In this document: positions 22,464-35,625 of the stretch, piece by piece | How the letters are laid out: every line of letters begins with the position of its first letter | How positions within the stretch are numbered: the stretch's first letter is position 1 | DNA from: Chiloscyllium plagiosum | Taxonomy: Eukaryota | Direction: 5' to 3' | Length of the DNA: 59,155 nt | Assembly: GCF_004010195.1 (NCBI RefSeq) | Contig: NC_057719.1 | Span: 17,364,893-17,424,047, forward strand | Made by a program: the position numbers and the translations under genes | The notes under the pieces: generated by a model | Seen by the model: only the letters and a program-made list of their open reading frames with translations | Database searches by the model: none | Told to the model about the DNA's origin: nothing

Positions 22464-22622
22464 TTTTCATCACACTTGAGTCTTCTAAGTGGTTGGATGG
22501 ATTCTGGGGAGTCAGAAGGTGAGTTCTCCCCTTAGAATTTCCAGTATCTGACCTGGCTTTGCTGCCATAGTATTGACTTGACTGGCCAATGTCAATTCAG
22601 AAGATTGGGTGATTCACTAATG

Positions 22623-22720
22623 GAGCTGAAATATGTGTTGCTGGAAAAATGCAGCAGGTCAAGCAGCATCCAAGGAGCAGAAGAATCGACGTTTTGAGCA
22701 TAAGCCCTTCTTCAGGAAGG
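22623..22720 (-). mobile_element. Solo PLE family B mini-insertion
   Basis: Reverse of cctgaagaagggcttatgctcaaaacgtcgattc...; possible 7-bp TSD actaatg (22616, 22725). Confidence 0.8.
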
Positions 22721-22807
22721 TAATACTAATGAATGTCAAGGGCTGCTGTTAGGTTCTGATTTGCTGGAGATGGCATTTGTGTGGCATGAACGTTAACAAT
22801 CCTAAAT

Positions 22808-22934
22808 AACAATCACCTGATGAAGGAGCAGTGCTCAGAAAGCTAGTCCTTCCAAATAAACCTGTTGGACTATAACCTGGTGTTGTGTGATTTTTAACTT
22901 TGTACACCCCAGTCCAATAACAGCACCTCCAAAT
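22808..22934 (+). mobile_element. Solo PLE family A mini-insertion with 11-bp TSD
   Basis: caatcctaaat at 22797-22807 and 22935-22945; cacCTGATGAAggagcagtgctcaGAAAGCTAgt. Confidence 0.88.
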
Positions 22935-23514
22935 CAATCCTAAATTCTATCTTCCAACCTCCCCAGACAAATTGAGCAGATAGGAATCAGCAGCGCTATG
23001 TGGTGCTCAATGCTGCTGGCAGTACAGAAAAAAAATCCAGGGCTGTTCAACATCTTTGAGTTCACATTGGAGTACAGTCCCAAAGGCTTTCCAATGCCTC
23101 ACCCTGGTGATCATTTCATCGGCTTGTGACAATAAGTGTTGTTAGTCTAAATGAGCCCAAACCCTTGTGTCTACACAAATTAGCTTTGCAGAACCTGTCA
23201 CTGGGTAGTTACTAGTAATGTCACTGGCTAGCTGCGAATAACTGAACAGATTTTTCTTTCCTCTCTTCTTTGCCTTGAGAAATTCAAAGGTTGGCTGAAA
23301 TTCTATTTGCCAAGTAACTGGGCTTAAATTTGTGACTTTCTGGAATTGTATGACTCAGTAACATAAAACGTTACCTAAAAGTGCTTAACCAGTGCCCATA
23401 ATTAACTTAGTCGCTGCGTGGTTTGTATTGTGGCCATGCTGTTAATCCCTGGTTGACTGATTGGTCTCAACATTAGTTACATTTAGATGGCTTGATGAGA
23501 CCGGAAAGATTTTT

Positions 23515-23825
23515 TTAGATTACTTACAGTGTGGAAACAGGCCCTTCGGCCCAACAAGTCCACACCGACCCGCCGAAGCGCAACCCACCCATACCCCTAC
23601 ATTTACCCCTTATTACCTAACACTATGGGCAATTTAGCATGGCCAATTCACCTGACCTGCACATCTTTGTGACTGTGGGAGGAAACCGGAGCACCCGGAG
23701 GAAACCCACGCAGACACGGGGAGAACGTGCAAACTCCACACAATCAGTCGCCTGAGTCGGGAATTGAACCCGGGTCTCTGGTGCTGTGAGGCAGCAGTGC
23801 TTACCACTGTGCCACCGTGCCGCCC
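23515..23825 (-). mobile_element. Full-length HE1/V-SINE
   Basis: Minus strand gggcggcacggtggcacagtggtaagc (A box), gggttcaattcc (B box), V-domain, CR1-like tail. Confidence 0.92.
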
Positions 23826-25142
23826 ACTAGAATGCACTCTCTGGCAGACTGCACGGGAGCCTTTTCTTAAAAAGCAACCAACTTGAAGAGGACTACTTTG
23901 AAGGGTTGCAGTGTGTGACCAAGTCTTGGAGGGTGGGACTAAATTGGACAGCTCCTTCAAAGGACTGGCACACATGCAATGGGCTAAATGGCTGTTAGAT
24001 TTTAAGATGTGCATGGTAAGGGTAACGAATAGGGTAGGCAAGCTGCATGTGGTGTGAAAGAGGATGATGCACAGGTATTGCAGGATGAGTTTTATGTTTT
24101 ATTGCTGGAACAATACCGACAGATATGGATAGAGATACAAGTGTAGAGTGAAGGTCAATGATCCATCATTAAAAGTAACTCGATTTGATTGTTTTTTTTC
24201 TCTCCTGTCATACTTATTGTTGCTGCCTTTCACCTTGGTAGCAGCAGTACATAACTTTCCCAAGTAAGACATTCCCATGGCTTTGGAAGATTAGATCTTT
24301 CATGCTCTCGTCTCCTGTTTGAGTGGCAGTTGCCAGAATCGATGTGAGCAGATACCGCCAGTGTTCATCCATGCAGCTAAATGCTCTGTAGTTTATTGCT
24401 GCCTCACAGGGCGTAGGACACTAGTGGGGCTTCCTTATAATTTTGTTTTGCCCTGCAGGCGAACAGGTTCTGGCTGTGCTCTTGCGAAACGGTGACGGAA
24501 GCCATGCTGAGAATAAATGCCTGCTGTTCAGACCTCTGATGGAGGCAGCCGCAAAGACAAGGGCACTCCTGCCCTTCAACCATTGTCACTTTTTACAGCC
24601 TTTTAAAGAAACAGGCTTCGATTGTTGGACTGCACAGCCGGTGCTGAAAGGAACAGGAAATGAAATGCACCAAGTATTCTCTTTCGGATGTGCGCGTGTG
24701 TATGTTTGATGTATACAATGTCAAGACATTTTTGCCTAAGGATTTTGAACAATCCTTTCAAAGAAATTTCAGGACATGACCTCTATCTCCCACAGCCATT
24801 GCCCTCCCTGCTGCAAGGGGAGCACATTAGAGTCCTGGATATCACATGTTTGTCCAAAGCCATTAGGTAGGGAGCTAGCATACAGATGGTGTGTGCTGGA
24901 TACTTATAACAGCAGAGGATACATCACGTCAAAACAACAATAAAAAATAGATTGAGCAATGTGTGTGTGCCAGGGTTTCTGATAGCACCCAGGACCTTGT
25001 GAGCCTTTGAATAAAATCAATTGAAATGATAGTGCACAGACTATTCACTACTTAACACCTCATCATGGTAATGGTGAGAGCCTTACTTCTATCAGACTGA
25101 AGCACTGAAAACAAACATGCCCAAGTCTGACCACGTTCAAAA

Positions 25143-25270
25143 ATTTTTATTTCATTATGGTATGTGGTCATCACTGGTTAGACCACTATTTACTGCCTGT
25201 TCCTAATTGCCTAGAAGACAGTTAAGAGTCAATCACATTGCTATGGTCTGTAGTCAGATGTAGGCCCTAA
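25143..25270 (-). mobile_element. SINE 3' fragment (same family as 3625-3953)
   Basis: cctaattgcc...cagttaagagtcaatcacattgct. Confidence 0.6.
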
Positions 25271-25315
25271 ATAAAAGACAGAATGTCTCCAGCTCTATAG
25301 AAACAGGTGTGAAGT

Positions 25316-25662
25316 GGGGCACAGTGGCTCAGTGCCAGTGGACAGCACAGTGGCTAAGTGGTTAGCACTGCTGCCTCATAGCACTAGGGACCCAGGTTCA
25401 ATTCCATGCCCTGTTTGACTGTCTGTGTGGAGTTTGCATGTTTTCTCTATGGGTTTCCTCCCACAGTCCAAAGATGTGCAGCTTAGTTAGATTGGCCTTG
25501 CTAAATTGTTCATGGTGTCCAGGGATGTGCAGACTAGATGGGTGATCCATGGGAAATGCAGGGTTACAGGGATAAGGTAGGGGTCTGGGTGGGATGCTGT
25601 TCAGAGGGTCGGTGCAAAACCAATGGGCTGAATAGCCTCTTTCTATACTGTAGGAATTTTAT
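25316..25662 (+). mobile_element. HE1/V-SINE with duplicated A-box start
   Basis: gcacagtggctcagtg (25319) repeated as gcacagtggctaagtg (25345); B box ggttcaattcc; V-domain. Confidence 0.85.
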
Positions 25663-25669
25663 AATTTTA

Positions 25670-25860
25670 CTGACGTGGAGGTGCAGGGGGTGGGCAAAGT
25701 CAGAAGTCACACGATATCGGGTTATAGTCCAACAAGTTTATTTGAAATCAAAGTTTTCAGAGTACTGAAGTATTCACCTGATAAAGAAGCAGTTCTCTGA
25801 AAGCTTTGATTTCAAATAAACCTGTTGGATTATAACCTGGTGTCATGTGACTTCTTACTA
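25670..25860. mobile_element. Palindromic PLE, family A-related subfamily
   Basis: agaagtcaca...ttatagtccaacaagtttatttgaaatca inverted to tgatttcaaataaacctgttggattataacctggtgtcatgtgacttct; central cacctgataaagaagcagttctctgaaagct. Confidence 0.8.
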
Positions 25861-27924
25861 TGATTCTAAGGCCATGGAGAAGACTATGAAAGTAAGGGGT
25901 GCCATGTGGACACAGCTTCCCACTGCAATTACCTTCCCCACTCCCGGCCAGCCTCAGTGGTTTCCTGGAAATGCACCAGCTTGTGGTTCAGCTGTCTGCT
26001 GAGCATAAAATCACTGTTATTACCTTTTCGTTCAGGCTCCCTGGCAAAATCCGGGCAGCACCCCCATCCCTCTCTTCCATCCTACTCCCACCACCTCACC
26101 CAGAGCTCCTGGGAAAGCCTTCAGCTCACGACTCTCCTTGCCTCAGCCTGAAGGATGAGCAGAACGGCAGACACCGTAAACCATTGGCAGGGTTACTGAA
26201 AGCCCTTCACCACCAACCCAACCCCCACCAACATGACCCAATGATCTCCCAGAAGGGACTCACCCTTCGTCCAGAAGGCTACCCCCTTTCCAGTTCAGCA
26301 TTATCCAGTTAGTATTCCAGCTGTGAGGACCGTACAGTACTGAGGCTCCCTCATGGTTTCCTACCTGCCACAACAGCGCCAACCTCTCTCACTGGGCCTG
26401 CAGAATGTCTTGAGTTGCTTGTCCTGTAATTGGGCTGTCTGCATTGAGAGCCCTCTGGCTCTTCATAAGGTATTGCAGCAATGCCAGCAAGTCTGGTCAA
26501 GGTTCTGAAACCAGTAAGGAAACACCGCTGAAAGGGTCTGTGACATTTACAAAGGTCTTGTTTGACAGCGTTTTTCACACATTCCTCTCAAGATCAATTT
26601 GTAAATGTTCTGGTTGTTGCACTGATGATCTGCATTGGGATTATCAGTCTAGGTTAGACAAGGCTCAGAGAATGGATCGCTATCTGACTCAGAGTATTGT
26701 CACTGAGCTCTAACATGAGTCTGTGTGGTGGTGAAGCAGTACACAATGGGAAGGTGCTATGCAGGATGAAGCTCTACAGCTGGACATACCTGTTGGGTAA
26801 AAGCCATTTTCAAGGCTCTCAGACTGTAATCAGGTAAATGCTGTCATTCATATGTCTCAGGGTGCAGAGATATCAACGCTGCCAATATTGTGAGCTCACC
26901 ACCATTATTACCACATGGAAGATTCATAGATAAATCACCATTGACAGATTGGGAAGTTTGGTATAATAATTGAATTCATTGGCCTTTCATTTTCCAAGCT
27001 TAATCTTACTTTTCCATTGGTTTTGCGGCCAAGCTTCCAAGCATGTGAACTGGAGTTTTCAAATACACCTGTTGACACAATGATCATGATTCTGACTAGA
27101 GGTACATGTGGATGGATGGCGAACCAAGTTGGGTTTGGTAGTGACGATGGTTCCCATTGCTGGACTACCCATGAACATCAAATCTCCAGATGAGGAAGAA
27201 AAATCATTCAGCATACCCACCACCCCCCCCCCCCAAACTTCCGTTCCACACAAACTCAGGAGATCGCTTGTCAAATCCCAGTGGGTTTTCCAAGGCCTGA
27301 CTACTTTCAAGGATCCTGAAGGGGTCTTAGCAATATTTTCAGCCATGACAAGGAGCCAATATTATGTACAAAACAAGGAGAGGGCATCGGGATTGCAGGG
27401 ATAAACTGCTGGTGCAGCCCCTGAGCCCCTGTAGCAGCAGAGTGGAGACAGAGTGATTTTGGTATACGTAGGGCATCTAGAAGTGTTGGCATTCAGTGGA
27501 ATTGAGGTAGTTTATCAGCTATGATCCTATTGGAAGTTGGAACAGGCTCAAGGAGCAGAAGGTCTGCTGCGGTTCCGATTTTTCTTGTTCAGCAGCTAAA
27601 GAGGAGATCACTTTTTCAATCAATCACAAGGGAGCTCTTTCAAATCGGAATTCCTTTCTTGAAAGACCAACCTTCAGTACAGGTTGTACACAATCATTAC
27701 TCATCTTCAATGGTTCGCTGAGAATTGCAGCAGAAAATCTGGCTCATAGTGCCTGTTGGTTACTACAACAGATCTTCCCAGCATTTAAGTAGATGCACTC
27801 AACAACTTTTCTTAATCCGTTCATTGGATATGGGCATCACTGACTAGGGCACTATTTATTGCCCTTTTCTAACTACCCTCGAGAAGGTGATGGTGAGCCT
27901 CCAGAATTCTGAGGTGTAGAAGGA

Positions 27925-28590
27925 GTGAGGCATTCTGGTTCATTTCTCTTTGAATGAGTCACAGAAAGTTCAACATGTAATCAAGAAGGTGAATGAGGTG
28001 GTAAAACCTAGAAGTAAGGATGTTATGCCTCACTTAAACAGGGCACCGGTGAGGCCACATCTCAAATACTGCGTGTGATTTTGATCTCCTTACTTCAGGA
28101 AGTGTGCAAGTGCATTGAAGATGAATCAGAGAAGGTTTACTAGATTGACTCCTGAAATGAGCCATATGTCTCTTGAGGATGATTTTGACAGGCTGGACTT
28201 GTTTCTACTGAAGTTTAGAAGAGGAGAAATGCCTTGATTGAAGTGTAGAAGATCCTGAATGATTTTGAGAAGGCGGATGTGAAAAGGTTGTTTCCTGCTG
28301 TGTCTCTGTCCAGAGCTAAGGAGCACTGCTTTAAAATTAGGGGTCGCCCTTTCTGGACAGAGATGAGGAGCTTTTTTTTGACCTATCAGAGGGCTCTACA
28401 GCTTTGGAATCTGAAGGTAATGGAAGTGAGGTCGTGGAATATTTTTCAAACAGATTCATATTAAGCAAGGGAATCAGTGTTTATCGGGGATATATGAGAA
28501 TGTGGAATCTGAAAAACAAATAGATAAGCCATGATCTTATTGAATGTCAGAGCAGGTTGGAAGGGCCAAATGGTCTGTTTGTTCATATAT
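27925..28590 (+). mobile_element. Old CR1 3' fragment
   Basis: gtgaggccacatctcaaatactgcgtg, cagagaaggtttactaga, FKIRGRPFWTEMRSFF. Confidence 0.75.
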
Positions 28591-30769
28591 TTGGAAGGAA
28601 GGTGCAGTCAAATGAATCTTGGTGAGCTGTCATCATTCATGGCAATTAAACCCAGCCCTGATCTATAATTGACTCCACACCCTTCATGATCTATTCCACC
28701 CCAAGATCAAGTCAATTTTCAGTGGGAAATCAGGGATTGCACCCTCTGCCTTCAAGAGAAATTAAATGTAGTTTGGAGGGAGAGAAAGAAAACACAGTGA
28801 GAAGTTTAAAGTGCTTATATTCTGCTTGTGACTTGAGCTACGTAACCCACTTGCTGTTAATGGATTATCAGACCAGATCCCTATGGAATATTTGTCACTT
28901 TCAAGGACTAATCTGTGGTATCTTTTATTTCAATTTTTAGTTCACAAATTACTATTAATGAACCCTCCAATGATGGTTATAGCATTGAATGCATTTACAC
29001 TCATTGAAAAATATGAATTGTGCATGAATCATTTTCATTTACATGCATTGCCTAGTTTATCAAGTAATTTTAAATGTTCAAATTTAGGGTCTAATTGTGC
29101 AATATAGAAATCTAGTATCTAATTACATCCTGAACTGAACAGCAATTATAATGCTGACCCCTAAGGCTAAAGGCAACATGACCAGAAAATGGTATGTATC
29201 CCCTGACATTACTGGCAATTCTGCCTTTTTATAATGTTGGTTGTAATATCTATGAAGAACAGATCAATACCTAGAGTTCTTTTTTGGTCCTAGGAACTTA
29301 AGGTGACATGACGTATAACAAAGAGTAGCTGTTATCTATATCAAGTACATGGTCACTAATCACAACACTTGGGATAACATGTCTATTCCATTGTTAGATA
29401 TCAGAATTTTCAGGAATTATCATGCTTTTTTCACAGAGGTAAATCTTATGCCTACATTCTGAAGCATTAACTCAATGTTTGAAGTGTATTTCTTAATTGA
29501 TGCAAACAAGCCTTTTGCTTCCACAACTGAAAACTGTAACAATTACATCTGCATTTTGAATGATTTAGGCAATACATTTTATCAATAGTATATTATTGTC
29601 TGCCTGCTACATTTCCTTCAAGTCGGTCTTTGACACGATGTGGTTCTAGCTGGGTTACCCATAATAAACAGGAATGTACAGTGCTAATAGACATTGGTAC
29701 TCCATTATATCTCCAGGGCTACAGTAATGGCACATTTAAATACTGTGTTCATGCAAAGCAGACAGTGTTAAACCAACTAATTTAATCTTTAACCCTTATT
29801 CTAGTCCAAGGAAACTCCCCTCTCCCTGAGTTGTCAGCTTTTGTTTGTTTTCAGCTCATGAATAAAATAATATTCATACTCAGTAATAAGCATTAGGACC
29901 AAGTCATGGGTAACAAAAATAGTTTTATTGTAATATGAATTTTCACTTCATCTATATTGTATTATTAATCTAAACTTAATCCATGTTTTATTGTAATATT
30001 AATTCTCAAACTACCAAAGTGTACAGCATATTATTGAATTTGGAAAGGTAAATGTTAATTATGTTCATGCCATCCTTAATTTTCTCATTCTTTCATCTTT
30101 CCCAATCCCGCTCTATTCGTCATTTATTCATTCGACTTCAGTGTTATTTCTGAGTCTATTCTCATTATCCTTTTCTAACTTCTTTTTCCTGTTATTATTG
30201 TGATGAAATTGCACTGCGGGGCTATCAGTGTGCAAACATTTAACACGGCACCGATATAAATTCAAAATCCAGTCCTTTAATTGTGTTAGTAAATCATTCA
30301 GAATAGGTTGGATTAACACCTCCATTCAAATAGTGCAGAGAGAAATTTCACACAAAGGTGTTAAGTATCAGGAGATTATTATCATGTGGATATAAAGTTT
30401 GTCAAATAAATCTTCCCCAACCTGGCCTTCCTTCTCACCTTCCTTTCTGAACACTGTAGTAGCTTAGCTGAAAAGTAATTCCAGAGGCTAATTTGAGATA
30501 ATTTTCCAAATCAAAACCAGAAAGTAAATGATCAAATTAATGATATGGGAGTACTCTGACAGCCTTGGGATGCATCTGTGGGTTGATATGCTCAAAGGGT
30601 TTAAGAAGAGTTAAAAGAAAATCTAATTAGGAATAAGGTCCACAAGCTCAAAAACACTTATAGAGATAGGCCATCAAATATTTATTATAAAAAGCATCGT
30701 AGGTCTTGAGCTACCGACTATGAGAACATGGCATGGATAAGAAAGGCCCAAAGATGTAGGATGTAAGCA

Positions 30770-31045
30770 ATAAAAACAACAAATTGCATTTAAATAGGGC
30801 CTTTAATGTAGCTATGCATCACAAGGAGCTTCCCAGAATGTTCAAGCCTAATTCGATAATGAACCATTCGAGGAGTTATTAAATCCGATGACAAAAAAGG
30901 TTAGTCAAATAGTTGGATTTGAAAGGCCCTCTTGAAGGTGAAAAGAGAAGCAGGAAGAATTAGGAAGGGAATTCCAGAGTTTAGGGAGCAGGCATTCAAA
31001 ACCATAGCCACCAATACTAGAATGATTAAAATTGAAAATGCACAT
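30770..31045 (-). mobile_element. L2-like LINE 3' end
   Basis: ttgcatttaaatagggcctttaatg...aggaagggaattccagagtttaggg; similar piece at 42058-42192. Confidence 0.5.
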
Positions 31046-31202
31046 CTCGTTGCAGACTTTCTGTTTTCTTTTTTCTCTCATATACTTACCTGATTCCTTT
31101 TGAAAATCTCTAAATAATTTGGCTCACCTAATTCTTATGATAGTGAGTTCCCCATTCCAACATGAAATTTTGATGAAAAGCAAAGTATTGCTGGAAATCT
31201 GA

Positions 31203-31806
31203 TGAAATAACTGCACAGAGGCTGATGTCCCATCATCGTGTCACCTTTCATTTACATGTGTACGGTACATGGGCTGTAACCAGTCCAGCTCAAAGCTAGT
31301 CCCTAGACTAAGGAGACCTTCTGAATATCCTGTTTATAAATTATTTATCAATTAGGTTAGATTCTCTACAGTGTGGAAACAGGCCCTTTGGCCCAACATG
31401 TCCACACCGCCCCTCCAAAGAGAAACCCATCCAAACCCATTTCCCTACCCTACATTTACCCCTGACTAATGCACCTAACACTATGGGCAATTTAGCATGG
31501 CCAATTCACCTGGCCTGCACATCTTTGGATTGTGGGAGGAAATGAACACAGACATGGGGAGAATGTGCAATCTCCACACAGACAGGTGGGAATTGAACCC
31601 AGGACCCTAGTGCTGTGAGGCAGCAGTGCTAACCACTGAGCCACCATGCCGCCCAATATCCTGTTTATATTCCTTTTATTTGCAGATTAACCATATATGA
31701 ATTAACTCCACATGGACCAGAGCTCCCTGATTGGCTCAGGTTAACAACACCGATCAAGAATCTCAAAGTCAATGAGATCTCTCTGGCCATAGTTCCATTT
31801 ACTACA
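31203..31806 (-). mobile_element. Solo LTR (Gypsy-like) containing an HE1 SINE
   Basis: Minus strand begins TGTAGT and ends TTATTTCA; CCAAT-like ccaatcagggag and tataaacagg TATA; inserted into a PLE family C end. Confidence 0.6.
31339..31654 (-). mobile_element. HE1/V-SINE with 15-bp TSD
   Basis: aatatcctgtttata at 31324-31338 and 31655-31669; A/B boxes and partial V-domain. Confidence 0.9.
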
Positions 31807-32217
31807 AGTGATAATAAAATTAAAAATTGGGAAAACTGTCAGCCAATCTGGCACTTTCTAGAGGGAGTGAAACAGAGAATAACCTTCCAGATTCACGACT
31901 GTTTATTTAACAGTTTATAAGCAGGAAGAAGAAAATAAGGTTTGGTGATCTGAAGAACGAAATCTGTGAGAGGGTGGAGGACAGGCTTAAGTGAAGGTGA
32001 TGCAAGAACCAAAGGAGGTGAATTTGGAACAGGTGTAGAGAAAAAACATAGATCCATAGCTGGTGTAAGTGTTCACGGAATAATCAAGAGAAAACGAGAA
32101 TGACAATATAGGATGTAAAGTTAGAAATGCCACATAGATGGATTAGATAGTGATATATAGACCGACCCACTCAGGGAGCTGAATCCTAGGCTTTTTTCCC
32201 TCGTTTATTCTGCTAGG

Positions 32218-32545
32218 ATCATAAAATCCCTACAGTACGGAAAAAGGCCATTTGGCCCATCGCGTCTGTATCAACCCTCAGAAGAGCATCCTACCCAGAG
32301 CTCTACCCGACATGGCTAATCCACGTAGCCCACACATCCCTGAACACTATGGGCAAATTAGCCTGTCCAATCCACCTAATCTGCACATAGTCATAGAGTC
32401 ATAGATAACTGAAGCCCAACAGAAACTCATGCAGACACAGGAGAATTTACAAACTCCACACAGACAGGCACCTGAGGCTGGAATCGGACCTGGGTCCCTG
32501 GCACTGTGAGGCAGCTGTGCTAACCATTGAGCAATCATACCACCC
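32218..32545 (-). mobile_element. Diverged HE1/V-SINE with a short internal CR1-tail insertion
   Basis: ctgtgaggcagctgtgctaaccattgagc head; catagtcatagagtcataga inserted at ~32386-32407. Confidence 0.75.
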
Positions 32546-34011
32546 ATTGCTGTGGACATCACTACCTTTCATATAGTAGCTGACCATGGAGACAAAGATT
32601 GAAATCAGGGGCACGCTGGCTGGAGAATTCCAATTGCATCCCACATTTCCTTGATGGGTTTGGTCTCACAGCATAATAAATCAAAACGGACAATGCTGGA
32701 GAAACTCAGCAAATCTGGCAACCTCTGTGAAGAGAGAAACAGAGTTAACATTTCGAGTTGGGTGTGTTGCATCATTACAAACATTGAGCAAAGCATTAGT
32801 TGAAAGTGCAAATGGAGGACAAGATTGCTCGCCCAGGATCAGTTCCCCATCTGTCTGTAACAAGAGACTCCACAGAACTTTTTCCTGACTGACAGGCAAC
32901 AAACATGTCATTTCTTATTATTCTAAAACAATCACCAAGACCTACAGTTCAAAGAAAATGAATGTCAGGGGAGCAATCCGGAAAACAAACCATCTGTGGG
33001 ACTCGTGAGTTATGTGTGTCCGATGCCAGTGGGCAGTTTATTTTCTGCTTCCTGACAAGAACTACACTCCATTTCTTTCTCTTTTCCTTCCTAGCCCATT
33101 CTAAGCTGTCATCATGTACTTTCATCACTGCACTTGCACGGTGACTAAAATGCACAGAAAAGGTTATTTCACTCCACACAGTCACCATAATGGAATTACT
33201 CGAAACAGGAATTTATGTGAAGAAAGAGGTGGCTCATTAAGTCACCAACACAATATGCTGTTATAACTGGTCAAGGAGTTGTTGAAGGTTTTTATTTAGC
33301 TCTATCCTGGTTACAATGAGTTTTACAATATGCTAAAATGCATGAAGACCATCTGCAGCACTAAATAATGTGGCAAGTATTGGGAAGGCATTGTATTAAC
33401 ATGTAACCTTGTTAATGCATGATTTACAGCTGTTTCATGCCCGAGGGTGGGATTTTTCTATTTTCGGTATTTGGGTTATACTTAAAATGGTTCTCCTACA
33501 CTCCTTATATATTATTCACATCACATGCACCACAGAATACTGCTGAGTTGTCCAGTGTATTGCAGACTTTCACAAGGCATTTATTTTCTTCTCTTAATTT
33601 CTAGATTTCTCATAATTACATTGTGAGGAACACTGAGCCATTCAGATCCATACACTCCAATGGTCAGTCTTTGGCCTATGATGTGTTAGTTCAATCCAGC
33701 TAGTGTTTAGCAGCATAACATTTGGGCTTGGTGGTTCCAGATCAGAGACAATGAAAATTATCTTGATGACAGTAACCAAAAGGAATATGCGTTGGCCATT
33801 TAGCCCCTTGAGCCTGTTCTGCACTGCTCAATGAAGTCATGGCTGATCCATGAAGACATTGGGTGACTAATGCTCTCAGTTTTGATGCCCCCATGCTCAG
33901 AATTTAATTCACATCTTAATTCCTAATCTGGCCTCTCCACCACTGAGAAGCAAGCACATTGAAATCAGGTTAAAGCCGCTTGAAGAGCCACATCAAACTT
34001 TGACAGTGAGG

Positions 34012-34178
34012 AAAACCAAAAGAGCTGCAGATGCTGGAAATCAGAAACAAAAACAGAAATTGCAGGAAAAGCTCAGCAGGTCTGTCAGCATCTGTGGAGA
34101 GAAATCAGAGTTAACATTAAGCCTGATTTCTCTCCATAGATCATGCCAGAGCTTTTCCAGCAATTTCTGTTTGTGTTT
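34012..34178. mobile_element. PLE family C fold-back
   Basis: aaacagaaattgcaggaaaagctc...gagagaaatcag inverted to ctgatttctctcc...gagcttttccagcaatttctgttt. Confidence 0.75.
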
Positions 34179-34329
34179 GAGAGTAAAGATTAAGCCAAGG
34201 TTTTCTATCAGAGAGTGACTGGGGCCATGGGAGTGATTATGATATAAAAGTAGGATACTGCCTCACAAAGAGTACATGACAGGAGGTTTGCTGATGCTCC
34301 CGCAGCATCTAATTCCATTCCTTGTTTGA

Positions 34330-34625
34330 CATTCTTCATTTGTTCATGAAATGTGCACTTTTTGTAACCTCCAATAATTAAGAGTCAGCCAAGTTACTGT
34401 AGGTCTGGAAACACATTTAGGCCAGACCAGGTAAGGTCAGCCGATTTCCTTCCCTAAAGGACCTTAGTGAACCAGATGGGTTTTTAACAATAATTGACCT
34501 GGTCCACATTAGTCTCACGTTTTAATTGAATTAATTTGGATTTCAAAATCCACCATCTGCCATGATGGGATTCAAACCTATGTCCCAGAATGTTTAGCTG
34601 GGGTTCTGGATTACCAGCCCAATGG
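34330..34625 (-). mobile_element. tRNA-derived SINE (family of 3625-3953)
   Basis: ttccttccctaaaggaccttagtgaaccagatggg; gggattcaaacc B box. Confidence 0.7.
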
Positions 34626-35417
34626 TCCAGTCTCTTCCATTCCCCCTTTTCAACCTCCTTCAGCACACTCCTTATTGAATTCTGGAAGTCTTTCCAGCTG
34701 AAGCCCACGGCTCCAGGAAGAACTAGAGCTTTTTAAGACTGAAGACAATAATTATTTCTTCGAGGAGGGTAGCAGGGGATGCGGAGCTAAGGTGGTTTAA
34801 ACTGAGGTAACGATCGAAAAGGATCGAATCGAATGGTGGAGCAGAATGGAGGGGTTGGGTCATCTATTCTTGTACTTCTGGTCCTCCACATGATACATGA
34901 CAATGCCACCCAACATAATGCTAATGATATAGGGTTATAGAGCCATACAGCTTGAAAACAGCCCTTCGGCCCAACTCATCCATACCGACCAGGTTTCCTA
35001 AACTGAACTAGTCCAATTTCCCTGCATTTGGTCCATAACCCTCTAAACCTCTCCTATATATGTACTGTTCAAATGTCTTTTAAATGTTGTAATTATTCCC
35101 ACCCTTCCACTTCCTCCGAAAGGGAGAAAGAGAAAGTGAGGACTGCAGATGCTGGAGATCAGTCGAGAGTGTGGTGCTGGAAAAGCACAGCGGGTCAGGC
35201 TGCATCTGAGGAGCAAGAAAATTGATGTTTCGAGCATAAGCCCTTCATCAGGAATGAGGCTTGTGGGTCAGGGCTGAGAGATAATTGGGAGGAGGGGTGG
35301 GGTTGGGAGGAGGTAGCTGTGAAAGTGATAGGTGGATGAAGGTGAGAGAGAAGGTAGTAGGTCACCGGAGGCAGTGATGGATAGGTCCGGAGGGTGGTGC
35401 ATGTTGGAGGCTTGGGA

Positions 35418-35522
35418 CTAGGATAATGTGGGGGGAGGGGAAATGAAGAAGCTGTTGAAATCCACATTTATCCCGTGTGGTTGGAGGGTCCCAAGGCAGA
35501 ATATGAGGCGTTCCTCCTCCAT
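35418..35522 (-). pseudogene. PLE GIY-YIG endonuclease C-terminal fragment
   Basis: EEERLIFCLGTLQPHGINVDFNSF: E..I..L.T..P.G.N pattern of PLE GIY-YIG. Confidence 0.8.
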
Positions 35523-35625
35523 CTCTGGGATACCCACACCCACCAACCCCACTGCCCTGTGGCTGAACACTTCAACTCCCCCTCCCACTACGTCAAGGAC
35601 ATGCAGGTCCTGGGCCTCCTCACCC
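35520..35625 (+). pseudogene. PLE GIY-YIG endonuclease internal fragment
   Basis: HLWDTHTHQPHCPVAEHFNSPSHYVKDMQVLGLL: PVA.HF...H pattern. Confidence 0.8.

Larger units (their letters stand above)
21285..22800 (-). mobile_element. Old LINE 3' fragment interrupted by CR1 (21745-22463) and PLE (22623-22720)
   Basis: aaggtggtggtaagcagc, cagtgaaggaacagcgatatattttcaaatcaagatg; resumes at ctggggagtcagaaggtgagtt. Confidence 0.65.

Noticed and set aside
23490..23510. ttgatgagaccggaaag as a hammerhead
   Set aside because: Lacks CUGA and has no stem II
23740..23825. tRNA gene
   Set aside because: A/B boxes belong to the HE1 SINE head and run straight into the V-domain
25899..26312. 137-aa Pro/Ser-rich ORF
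   Set aside because: No recognisable domain or splice structure; probably decayed repeat
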